From positions 6,715 to 70,714 of the forward strand of contig JBMORX010000001.1 in the NCBI GenBank assembly GCA_049322615.1: DNA of 64,000 nucleotides, read 5' to 3'. The position numbers and the translations under genes were made by a program. The notes below the pieces were generated by a model. That model saw nothing but the letters and a program-made list of their open reading frames with translations, did not search any database and had not been told where the DNA came from. This DNA is from Patescibacteria group bacterium. GTDB lineage: Bacteria > Patescibacteriota > Microgenomatia > CAYGWK01. Shown in pieces: positions 30,324 through 38,906 of this stretch. Each line of letters starts with the position of its first letter. Within the stretch, counting starts at the first letter, position 1.

Positions 30324-31655
30324 TCACCTTAAAATTTTATCCATCATGGTGAGTGTCTTTCTACGTAAAAAGGGGCACTTTATGAGAAATACCAGAGAAA
30401 TCGCTGACACTACCGCTCCTCCGAAACCTATGATAGCTTTATACCAAGGAACTAACGATACTAAGCCGAAGCCAACACTAGCAGAAAGCCCCAAAATAAC
30501 ACCAAATAAAGTTAAACTATTCGTGTCCCAATTTCCCTTTAAAATTTCTTTTACGTATCCTAGTTCGGCTTTTGCCCTGTCTTTTATTTCTCTTAATCTC
30601 TTTTCCTGTTCCCATCTTTTCTTGGAACCATGTTCAAATGAATATTGGTAATAATCCAGTGCTTGATTAATCAGCTGGTAGTCAGCTTCCCAGGAGAACA
30701 ATAAATTCTCTATCTCGTTACTAATCTCTTTGGCCCTACATCTTTTCTTGCTCTCTTTTTCTTCGAATGCGAGCGTACCCCCATATACTCTTCTATTATT
30801 TAGTTCGTTAAGTCTTTTTCCTTGAGGAGATTCCCAAAACTCAATTTCCTTTATCCGCCTTTCGGCTTCTGATAGTTTCCTAGTAGTTTCTATTTGCTGT
30901 TTTTCTTCTTCATAAATTTTCCACAAGGCCTTAAGCTCTCTTTCCTCACCATCAGACAAAAGAGAAGCAGGATCTTCAAACTCGGGATCTAAAATATCTT
31001 CGTAAGGACCTAAGAAGCTCATTTTTGAATTAGCCAAAACATCTATTACATCTTTCGCCTTACAATCAATTGGTTTACGGGAAGTAACTATCAAAGAAAT
31101 TTCAATCTTGTCTTGAACCGGGGTTAAAACAAGTTGTGTAAAATTTTTTTCAAAATCGCTTAACCTTTTCTTTCTAAAATCAGAAAACAAAGATTCATCT
31201 TTCAATAATTCATGCTTTATATCAAAAACATAGGTGAGGAATCTTGCTAAGCACCAAAGTGTGTAATCGCCCGAGGGAATCCAAATAGTTTTTGCTTTTT
31301 CTTTTTTTTGTTGGGCAATGGCTGCTTTCTGTTTGGAATGCCAATAATTTGCAATAACCTCTCTAATCTCTTTCCATCTATAATTTTTACTATCATTTAA
31401 CCAAGGCTTTAAATCTAAATCTAGCAAAATTTTCTCAAGCGCTCCTCCCCAAACATCATCCCTTGCGGAATCTAGCTCCGTTATCATAAACTTCCTTGCT
31501 TCCCGCACTTCTATCAACCTTGCAACCGTAGCTTTATATTCAACTCCATTTTTTTTAAGTACACCCTTATACCGTCTTGTTTCAACTTTTACATCTACAG
31601 AAAAGGATTCTAGTTTACCCCGGCGGTTATATAGAAATGGCAAAAAACTTCTCAT
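30324..31655 (-). CDS. Hypothetical helical protein with two C-terminal TM helices
   Basis: 443-aa ORF; hydrophobic hairpin at C-terminus. Confidence 0.7.
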   Translation of the reverse strand: MRSFLPFLYNRRGKLESFSVDVKVETRRYKGVLKKNGVEYKATVARLIEVREARKFMITELDSARDDVWGGALEKILLDLDLKPWLNDSKNYRWKEIREVIANYWHSKQKAAIAQQKKEKAKTIWIPSGDYTLWCLARFLTYVFDIKHELLKDESLFSDFRKKRLSDFEKNFTQLVLTPVQDKIEISLIVTSRKPIDCKAKDVIDVLANSKMSFLGPYEDILDPEFEDPASLLSDGEERELKALWKIYEEEKQQIETTRKLSEAERRIKEIEFWESPQGKRLNELNNRRVYGGTLAFEEKESKKRCRAKEISNEIENLLFSWEADYQLINQALDYYQYSFEHGSKKRWEQEKRLREIKDRAKAELGYVKEILKGNWDTNSLTLFGVILGLSASVGFGLVSLVPWYKAIIGFGGAVVSAISLVFLIKCPFLRRKTLTMMDKILR

Positions 31656-31712
31656 TTTATTTTGTTAAAGCTTCAATTTCTTCCAGCGTGAGGCTAATAT
31701 ATGTCCTTAAAT

Positions 31713-32576
31713 TTAAAAGTATTTCTCGATCCTTTGTGTGAGTAATTTGGCTAGATTTTGATAAGGAATAGCCTTATTAGCAGAAAAGAAGTTCAATGTT
31801 AATCTTAAGACTTTCCCCTTTCTAAACATTACCTTAATAATTCCTTCTTCCCATAATTTTTCATTTTCTAAAATTTTTCTCCAATTCCTTAATTCTAAGT
31901 TTTTAATTTCCTTAAAGCTTTTCTGTGGTGACGCATCAAAGTCTATCTTGGGTAATTCTGGTAGGTCATCTTTCCATCGTTTCAACCAAGAAAGTATGTT
32001 ATCCCAAATTTCGGGATGTTTTAGATATTCAAATAACTCTTTTCCATAAAAGAGATACAACTCTACGCCGTAAAATTCTTTCAGTCTGCGGAGCTCTTGA
32101 AGATAATAATTTTTATTTTTGGTTAAATCGGGATCTATAAAATACATAATCCCAAACAACGCTGATTTATGCTTTTTTTGTAAGATTTCAAGTTTTGTTT
32201 CAAAGTTAGTTATTTGTCCTCGTTTTTTGGAAGAATCATGATCGTCTCTTACTTTCTGTTCAACAAACCAATATATCTTTCCGTCAGTAAAATATTGGTC
32301 TAATGAGAACGCGTTTCCATTCTCATCAGTCATACCTTTAGGCATAACTTTAAAACCTAGGGAATTAAGAATTTCTTCTATTATTTCTTCAAGCGCGTCA
32401 CCCATCCGGATTTCGTGAGATTGTAAAAGATGTTGCAAAATCTTGGCTCCTGGTTTTGTTGGCCTGAAAAGACCCATAAAACGCTCTGGGTTTTTAGCTA
32501 TATTCCGCAGCAATTCTACTTTCTCACCTTCAAAAATATGTTTATTTAAAATGGCACAAAATCTTTGATAATTCAT
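31713..32576 (-). CDS. Type II restriction endonuclease, HpyAIV-like (GANTC predicted)
   Basis: LDQYF...FVEQKVRDDHDSSKKRGQ PD-(D/E)xK-type core; ATGA-coupled to the MTase. Confidence 0.75.
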   Translation of the reverse strand: MNYQRFCAILNKHIFEGEKVELLRNIAKNPERFMGLFRPTKPGAKILQHLLQSHEIRMGDALEEIIEEILNSLGFKVMPKGMTDENGNAFSLDQYFTDGKIYWFVEQKVRDDHDSSKKRGQITNFETKLEILQKKHKSALFGIMYFIDPDLTKNKNYYLQELRRLKEFYGVELYLFYGKELFEYLKHPEIWDNILSWLKRWKDDLPELPKIDFDASPQKSFKEIKNLELRNWRKILENEKLWEEGIIKVMFRKGKVLRLTLNFFSANKAIPYQNLAKLLTQRIEKYF

Positions 32577-33460
32577 TTAAATGCCCCTAAATTCATGTAT
32601 TTATTTATATATTCTTCACTCAAGGAGGGTTGCTCTGTTATTTTTAATGGGTGTTTAAATCTCTCCTCTATGCCCTTTACATACTTTGGGTTGATTTCTA
32701 TCATAACAAAATTTCGTTTTAACGCCTGGGCAACATACCCTGTTGTTCCAGTCCCTGCTACAGGGTCTAAAATCAAATCGCCCTCTTTTGTAGATGTTAA
32801 AATTACTCTTTTAAGAAGATCTACTGGTTTTTGGGTAGAGTGCAGTTTTTTGCCTTTTTCATTTTTAAGTCGCTCGTCTCCCCAACAAAGCGGCAAAACC
32901 CAAACATTCGCACCTACTTTGCCAATCCCAAATTTTTTAGCATATTCTTTGTTAAATGTGTATTTTTTAGAGTTTTTGTCTTTTACTGCCCAAATGAGAT
33001 TCTCGGTAGCGTTTGTAAATCTCACGCCTAACCAGTTCGGCATAGGATTAGTCTTTACCCAAATCACATCATTGAGTATCCAATAACCTAAATCTTGCAT
33101 AATTTTCCCTATTCTAAAAGCACTATGATAAGTAGAAATAACCCAGATTGTAGCGGTTGGTTTCATTACTCTTTTTACTTCGGTAAGCAGTTTTCGGATA
33201 AACTCATCGTACTCTTCAAATGAAGAAAATTTATCCCATTCGTCATTAACTCCCTCAACTACAGTTTTGACACTCCACCTTCTTAATTCTTTATTTGGTA
33301 ATTGTAAGAAATAAGGTGGATCAATAAATACCATATCAAACGTTTCGTCGTCAATTTTTTTAAGCACTTTAAAAGCATCACCCAAAATGACCTTATTTTT
33401 GATTTCGTTTAACTTATATTTCTCACTCGCTGGGGTATCTTTTACTACTAGATTGTCCAT
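32573..33460 (-). CDS. Beta-class N6-adenine DNA methyltransferase, CcrM/M.HinfI-like
   Basis: DPPYFLQL, WILNDVIWVKTNPMPN, HSTQKP, LDPVAGTGTT. Confidence 0.92.
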   Translation of the reverse strand: MDNLVVKDTPASEKYKLNEIKNKVILGDAFKVLKKIDDETFDMVFIDPPYFLQLPNKELRRWSVKTVVEGVNDEWDKFSSFEEYDEFIRKLLTEVKRVMKPTATIWVISTYHSAFRIGKIMQDLGYWILNDVIWVKTNPMPNWLGVRFTNATENLIWAVKDKNSKKYTFNKEYAKKFGIGKVGANVWVLPLCWGDERLKNEKGKKLHSTQKPVDLLKRVILTSTKEGDLILDPVAGTGTTGYVAQALKRNFVMIEINPKYVKGIEERFKHPLKITEQPSLSEEYINKYMNLGAFK

Positions 33461-33518
33461 TGTCTATTTATTTTCCCAATTTTATCATTTTCTGAATCTT
33501 TTAACAAACCCGACTTCG

Positions 33519-33640
33519 GGAAATTAAGATATTAAGAGATTGAGAAATTAAGGGTTTTTAGAGACTAGAGAGTAGAGATTATGATAGACTAGGACTAAAT
33601 AAGAAATTAATCTAATTAATCTAATTTCTAATTGACCTAA
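33519..33640. repeat. Degenerate 8-bp tandem/inverted low-complexity element
   Basis: aaattaag atattaag agattgag aaattaag...ctaattaa tctaattt ctaattga. Confidence 0.55.
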
Positions 33641-34315
33641 ATGAGAAAGAAAAGGATAAATTTTAGCCTAATTTTGTTTTTACTTTTAATTCCTTCCCTA
33701 CTTTTAAACATCTTTCTTTTTCAAAAAACAGAAAAGCTAGAAGAAAACAATCTGGTTACAGGAGTAATTGATGGCGATACTTTTGTCTTAAAATCAGGAC
33801 AAAAGGTAAGATTAGGAAATCTTGACGCCCCAGAACTGGAATTTTGCGGAGGCAAAGAAGCCAAAGAAAGATTAGAAAAGTTAATTTTGGGCAAGACCGT
33901 CGAGCTTGATATCTTCTCCTATGGTGAATTCAACCGCCCCCTGGCTTTGGTCTATCAAAAGGGAACCTTAGTTAATGAAATTTTACTTAAAGAAGGTCTG
34001 GTCAGATATGACGGCGATCCCAGTCCTCAAAGAGAAAGACTCAAGAAAGCTCATGATGAAGCAGTTGAGAACAGAAAAGGGATTTTTGGTCCGCCCTGTC
34101 TTTCTTTAGAGCCTGATAAACCAGGTTGTCTTATTAAGGCAAATATTGATCGCCACAGTGGTAAGAAGATTTATCATTTTCCGGGCTGTAATGAGTATCA
34201 AAGCGTCAAGGTAGAAAAGGATTTAGGGGAAAACTGGTTCTGCTCAGAGGAGGAGGCGGAAAAAGCAGGCTTTAGCAAAGCTCTAAATTGTCATGGGAAG
34301 AGTTATAATGATTGA
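33641..34315 (+). CDS. Membrane-anchored thermonuclease (SNase) with C-terminal Cys domain
   Basis: [35 protein letters not shown]. Confidence 0.9.
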   Translation: MRKKRINFSLILFLLLIPSLLLNIFLFQKTEKLEENNLVTGVIDGDTFVLKSGQKVRLGNLDAPELEFCGGKEAKERLEKLILGKTVELDIFSYGEFNRPLALVYQKGTLVNEILLKEGLVRYDGDPSPQRERLKKAHDEAVENRKGIFGPPCLSLEPDKPGCLIKANIDRHSGKKIYHFPGCNEYQSVKVEKDLGENWFCSEEEAEKAGFSKALNCHGKSYND

Positions 34316-34316
34316 T

Positions 34317-35285
34317 TTATTGGAGTAAGTATTTGGTGATGTTTTCTTGGTGTTCTTCGGAAGTTTTGGCATAGTGCATTTTGCCTTCTTTATCCGAAAG
34401 ATAATACCAATAGTCAGTACTTTGGGGATCTAAAACTGCCTTAATTGCTGCCAGACCGGGATTACAGATTGGTCCTGGCGGAAGACCGGGGTAAAGATAA
34501 GTATTGTAGGGAGATTTGATTTTTAAATCCTCGCGGGTTAAATTTTTTGGCCACCAATCTTCACACTTTTCACTTCTCCCTTCGCACTTCTTGCTCCCCA
34601 CCGCATACTGGACCGTCGCATCCGCCTGCAATGGCCAGTTCTTTGCCAGGCGTTTAAGTAAAATTCCCGCCACAATCGGTCTATCCTGGCTATATTTTGC
34701 CTCTCTTTCCACAATTGAGGCTAAAATCAGGACTTCTCTTGTCGGTAGAGGAGTTTTTTTGGCAAAATTTTTGGTTAAAATCTCAACAATTTTTTTAGCA
34801 TCCGCCTCTCGAGGAATTAAATAGGTATCAGGAAAAAGTTTTCCCTCTAAATTTTTGGTTTGTTCCAGAAATTCCTCATATTGGAAATTGGAATCTGGAA
34901 ATTGGAAATTTGAGGCCAAGTATTGGCCGATTTGTTCTCTTCTTAATCCCTCAATAATTGTTACCCAACGATCTAGGGTTCCGTGGGTTAATTCCCTGGC
35001 GATTTCTAAAGGCGCCATCTTTGGATTAAGCCGGAAATCGCCTGCCTGAATTTTTCGAGTAATCCCTTGGCTGGTTGCCAAAATTTGAAAAGCAACTGAA
35101 GAACGGATGAGTTTTTCATTCTCCAGGCGCTGGCTAACTGAACCTAAACTTTCTCCTTTTGAAACCACAAAAATTTTAGGCTGACAGTCTTTCTGGCAGG
35201 CTGGCGAAGTCGCCCAAGACCACCATAGCCAAGAGAGAAGAAAGAAGAGAGAAGAAAGAAGAATAAAAAATAATACCTTTTTCAT
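34317..35285 (-). CDS. mltG: Endolytic transglycosylase MltG (start moved to 35285)
   Basis: LEGKLFPDTY, LASIVERE, LQADATVQY, SPYNTY..GLPPGPICNPG. Confidence 0.95.
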   Translation of the reverse strand: MKKVLFFILLSSLFFLLSWLWWSWATSPACQKDCQPKIFVVSKGESLGSVSQRLENEKLIRSSVAFQILATSQGITRKIQAGDFRLNPKMAPLEIARELTHGTLDRWVTIIEGLRREQIGQYLASNFQFPDSNFQYEEFLEQTKNLEGKLFPDTYLIPREADAKKIVEILTKNFAKKTPLPTREVLILASIVEREAKYSQDRPIVAGILLKRLAKNWPLQADATVQYAVGSKKCEGRSEKCEDWWPKNLTREDLKIKSPYNTYLYPGLPPGPICNPGLAAIKAVLDPQSTDYWYYLSDKEGKMHYAKTSEEHQENITKYLLQ

Positions 35286-35396
35286 TCGTTTAAATTCGCG
35301 AGCCCGAAAATGCTTTTTGGGCATTAAAAAAGCTTACTGGCATCCAATATAACACAACAAAACCAGTAAGCAAAATTCGTGTTAATTCGTGTTGGT

Positions 35397-35597
35397 CTAG
35401 ACTTCTTCAAAGAGGGCCCGGCGATATTTTTTAGTCTTTTTATCAAAAATGTAAATTCTGCCACATTTGCAAGTCACTTTTTCCCCTAGGTCACTTTTGA
35501 TCTGCCTTTTGCCTTTTTCTAAAGATACACCACAACCAACACACTTGCCTTGGGCAAGTAACCATGCTTGAACTGGAGCAATAATTTTTTTAAACAT
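35397..35597 (-). CDS. Small Zn-finger protein
   Basis: CVGC...CKCG. Confidence 0.75.
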   Translation of the reverse strand: MFKKIIAPVQAWLLAQGKCVGCGVSLEKGKRQIKSDLGEKVTCKCGRIYIFDKKTKKYRRALFEEV

Positions 35598-35603
35598 ATT
35601 ATA

Positions 35604-35688
35604 ACGCTAAGACGCTGAACCTCGCTTCGCTCGGCGCAGAGACGCTAAAAATTTTGCGTTTTTGCTAAATTCTACGTTTTTGCGTTTC
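35604..35688. repeat. Palindromic element of the same family as 3893 and 55197
   Basis: acgctaagacgctgaacc...gcgcagagacgctaaaaattttgcgttt. Confidence 0.75.
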
Positions 35689-36030
35689 CAGATACTCTTG
35701 CAATATTAGCGCCGCAGAGATAGCATCTTCGTCTTTGACTCTCTTGCCTATCTCTTTCATTTTAGCAACTGCTTCTTGACTCGTCAAGGTTTCATCTTGA
35801 AACTTAACTGGCAACCCGGTAATTTTTCCCAAACCACGCCCAAATTTTCTTGCTCTTTCCGCCATTTTTCCTTCAGATATTCCGACGACTATTTTCTCAA
35901 TTCCCTCTTTCTGGCAAATACTTACAATTTGCCTGTTACTTTTTACTATTTTTAAGGGCTCGGCTAGCACTCCTTCAGAGATTGCCAACCCAATTTTTCT
36001 CTCACCATAATCTATTCCCAATATTTTCAT
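35665..36030 (-). CDS. ruvX: YqgF/RuvX nuclease
   Basis: ILGIDYGERKIGLAIS, QDETLTS, DAISAALILQEYL. Confidence 0.93.
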   Translation of the reverse strand: MKILGIDYGERKIGLAISEGVLAEPLKIVKSNRQIVSICQKEGIEKIVVGISEGKMAERARKFGRGLGKITGLPVKFQDETLTSQEAVAKMKEIGKRVKDEDAISAALILQEYLETQKRRI

Positions 36031-36722
36031 ATCTTGACCAACCTTGTCCTAACCACCAACCTGCGCAGGTATGTCCCCGGCGGAACACAGGTAATCAGGG
36101 TTAAATATGAATCGTCATATTTTTGTTCAAGAACAGAAATATCTTCTTTTTTAACTTCAGTCATTTGTTCAATCATGTACTTATATTTAACCCCGTCAAA
36201 ATCAACCAAAATTTCATCTTTCACTTTTAAGGTCGGTAAGGTTGAAAAAATGGTTAAATAGTTTTTGGGGTTATAGAATTGAGGCAAAACCGAATGACCA
36301 AAGACAACCGTATTGCCAAATTGACCAGGAAAAGCTGTTCCTTCATATTGAATCAGGCTTTTTTTCAAATCTTCGCCACCAATTTGAACTACAGCCTCGG
36401 CAATTTTTAGTTTTGGGATAGTCAAGGTATAATGGGTGATTTTTGAGGGTAAAGGTGGAAGTTTTGGCGCAGTCGGAAACCAGTTGGATACTTTAGTAAA
36501 ATCAACTTCCTCTACATTTTTTTCTCCTAAAACTTGCTCTTGGGGTATCGGTTTTATCATCTCGGAAAATTTTGGGGAAACAAAAAATTGATAGAAGAAA
36601 ATCGGTCCGGCTGCGCTTCCGATTAAAATAAAACCGACCAAACTCAAAAAAATAGATAAAAATTTGCTATTTACGGCATGTTCTCGAGTTTGGCTCTCTT
36701 TTTTAACATAACAATAGTGCAT
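36027..36722 (-). CDS. Sortase
   Basis: GNTVVFGH, LTLITC..PG...RRLVV catalytic H/C/R. Confidence 0.92.
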   Translation of the reverse strand: MHYCYVKKESQTREHAVNSKFLSIFLSLVGFILIGSAAGPIFFYQFFVSPKFSEMIKPIPQEQVLGEKNVEEVDFTKVSNWFPTAPKLPPLPSKITHYTLTIPKLKIAEAVVQIGGEDLKKSLIQYEGTAFPGQFGNTVVFGHSVLPQFYNPKNYLTIFSTLPTLKVKDEILVDFDGVKYKYMIEQMTEVKKEDISVLEQKYDDSYLTLITCVPPGTYLRRLVVRTRLVKI

Positions 36723-38870
36723 CTACTTACTCCTTATCTCAAGGGTAATCTTATTCTCCCTTCTAGGGATGGTTCCCAATATTCCGGGAAGCCGGGGAGA
36801 AAGGATAATTTCTGAATCAGCATACCCGGAAAGACTTGAAAGATACTTTTTGGCAAGATCTGGGTACTTTCCCTTGATATTTTTAATAATTTCTTCTTTG
36901 TCTAGCTTTGGCAAAAGATTGGCTTTAATAATTGTCTTGAAAAGAATGCTCCCGTCCTCATTTTTCTTCTTAATCTCAAAACGGGCAGTGATTTCTTCTT
37001 TCTTAAGTTCGAAATCTTGGGGAATTGAGCCTGAGATAAGTTTCTGAGCCAAAAAAGCAAGATCCTCATCAGTAAAAGTCAGTCCAGTTACTTTAACGGT
37101 TAGGTTTAAAGCCAGCGTTTGGGCTTCATCGCCGACTTTATGATCAAAATTTGTAGAAACAGGCTGAGCCAGAATCTCCTCAATTAATTTTTTACCTGAG
37201 GACACTTTAGATAAAAGACTCATTTTCCCTTTCTCAGTAAGTTCTTGAGAAAGTTTTACGAGAAGGTCTTTTTGGTCTTTTTCGGAAACTGCTTGGATCT
37301 GCCGACTTGTCCCGCCAATGAAAGCAGACTCATTTTTAGCCAAATATGAAGAGGTGGGAAAATCTTTAAAAGAAAACTGGGAGGAGGAAGCTAAATTATA
37401 TTGAGCGCCAATATCAACAGCAGTAACGGCAGTTTTCGTCTCTCCCCACTTATCCACTCCGCTTGCTAAATCTGGGGTTTTAGAGGCAACAGTTGTTTCT
37501 CGATCAAGAGTAAATTTAAGATTTCCCGGTCCAACAATAATTGTTCCCTCAGCAAAGATCTTCTTGCTATCTGTCCGGTTATAGACAGTTACCTCGCCAC
37601 GAGCATGCTCACCCACAGTTTTCTCCCCAGTAGTTGGGGCGGTTTTCTCTCCAGTTTCCTGGGTTTCAATGACTTGAGCCGGCAAAATAAAATTTTTCTC
37701 ATCAACCACTTCTTGATTTGGATCAACGGTCAACTCTAGCCCTTTTTCGAGAGCTTGAGGAGTGACATAAATTGTCACTTGAGCTTTGGGCACATTCCAC
37801 CAAAAGACCACCACTGCTCCTAAGATTAAAAGGATTATTCCAACACCCATGGTAACAAGCGGCATTCCAACCGGCAGGGCTGGTAATGAGGGGAGATGAA
37901 TTGTGGATAACTTTTCTTTTAAAAGCCCGAGTGTTGGTTTGGGTTTTTCCTCTTGGGGCGGGGCAAAAGTTGGTTCCTCAGGCACAGGGACAACCTCTGC
38001 TTTAAACTCTGAAGCCACATCTTTGCCTTTAACAAATCCCAAATCTCTAGAGGGTTCCACTTCTTTTTTTGGTTCAGAGATAACTTTAAATCCTAAACTT
38101 TTAGCCACTTCTTTTCCTCCAGCCAAGGAAACGGCAGTGATATCAAAATCATAAGGAAGAATTTCTATTTTGGGAAAATGTAAAAACGGAAGCCTTTTTC
38201 CCTCAATTTGAAAAGTTTGCCACTGATAACCAATTAAAACCTGCCTTGCTTCCTCCATGTCCTCACCATTGAAAAGAAGCATTCGTGAAGGCAAAATTTC
38301 AATCCCGGTAAATCGCAATAATCCTTCACAAACATCAGCTGCCAAATTCTCGCTTCGCACAATTTGCTCTACTCCCTTTATTTTCCCAACCTCAACAATC
38401 GCCAAAGTTACTTTTGTTCTGCCGGGACTAATTAAAATTGCCGAAGCTGGTGTCCCTTCGACATCTTTTAAATGATGATTCAAGGCATCAAAAGTTGAAA
38501 CAAAACCAACTGGCTCAAGCTCTAATTTCTGACAAAGAGCCGAAAGCTTTTCCTGATACTCGGGCTTAATCTTGTTCTCCAATGTCCAGTCTTCTGGTAA
38601 GCCAAAAATAACTTTTGAGGGCTCGCCTCCTTCGCCAACAAACCGTTCAGAGGCTGTCGAAAGACTTTTATCAACGGCAATCGTTAACTCTTCAACTCCA
38701 TCTTCCCAAGCCTCATGGCTCCCTAAAGCCACAACCTTGGTTTTCTCCTCTTCAACCGTCCAGATAGCGCTTTTGACTCCTTCGTCCCAAATTTGAAGAG
38801 CCCAAAAATATTCTTTTTTAGCTTTTTCTTCTGGATGAGTTATTTTATCGATGATGTTAGGCAGCTCCAT
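36723..38870 (-). CDS. Membrane protein with FtsA/PilM-like N-domain, TM helix and baseplate J/gp47-like C-domain
   Basis: ARGEVTVYN, AVDIGAQYNL, FIGGTSR motifs after a central TM. Confidence 0.65.
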   Translation of the reverse strand: MELPNIIDKITHPEEKAKKEYFWALQIWDEGVKSAIWTVEEEKTKVVALGSHEAWEDGVEELTIAVDKSLSTASERFVGEGGEPSKVIFGLPEDWTLENKIKPEYQEKLSALCQKLELEPVGFVSTFDALNHHLKDVEGTPASAILISPGRTKVTLAIVEVGKIKGVEQIVRSENLAADVCEGLLRFTGIEILPSRMLLFNGEDMEEARQVLIGYQWQTFQIEGKRLPFLHFPKIEILPYDFDITAVSLAGGKEVAKSLGFKVISEPKKEVEPSRDLGFVKGKDVASEFKAEVVPVPEEPTFAPPQEEKPKPTLGLLKEKLSTIHLPSLPALPVGMPLVTMGVGIILLILGAVVVFWWNVPKAQVTIYVTPQALEKGLELTVDPNQEVVDEKNFILPAQVIETQETGEKTAPTTGEKTVGEHARGEVTVYNRTDSKKIFAEGTIIVGPGNLKFTLDRETTVASKTPDLASGVDKWGETKTAVTAVDIGAQYNLASSSQFSFKDFPTSSYLAKNESAFIGGTSRQIQAVSEKDQKDLLVKLSQELTEKGKMSLLSKVSSGKKLIEEILAQPVSTNFDHKVGDEAQTLALNLTVKVTGLTFTDEDLAFLAQKLISGSIPQDFELKKEEITARFEIKKKNEDGSILFKTIIKANLLPKLDKEEIIKNIKGKYPDLAKKYLSSLSGYADSEIILSPRLPGILGTIPRRENKITLEIRSK

Positions 38871-38906
38871 GATTATAGTAAATTTTAAATAGTAAATAGC
38901 AAATAG

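Noticed and set aside
36723-38870. Prophage, suggested by the baseplate J-like protein
   Set aside because: No other phage genes; it has a TM helix and sits among housekeeping genes.
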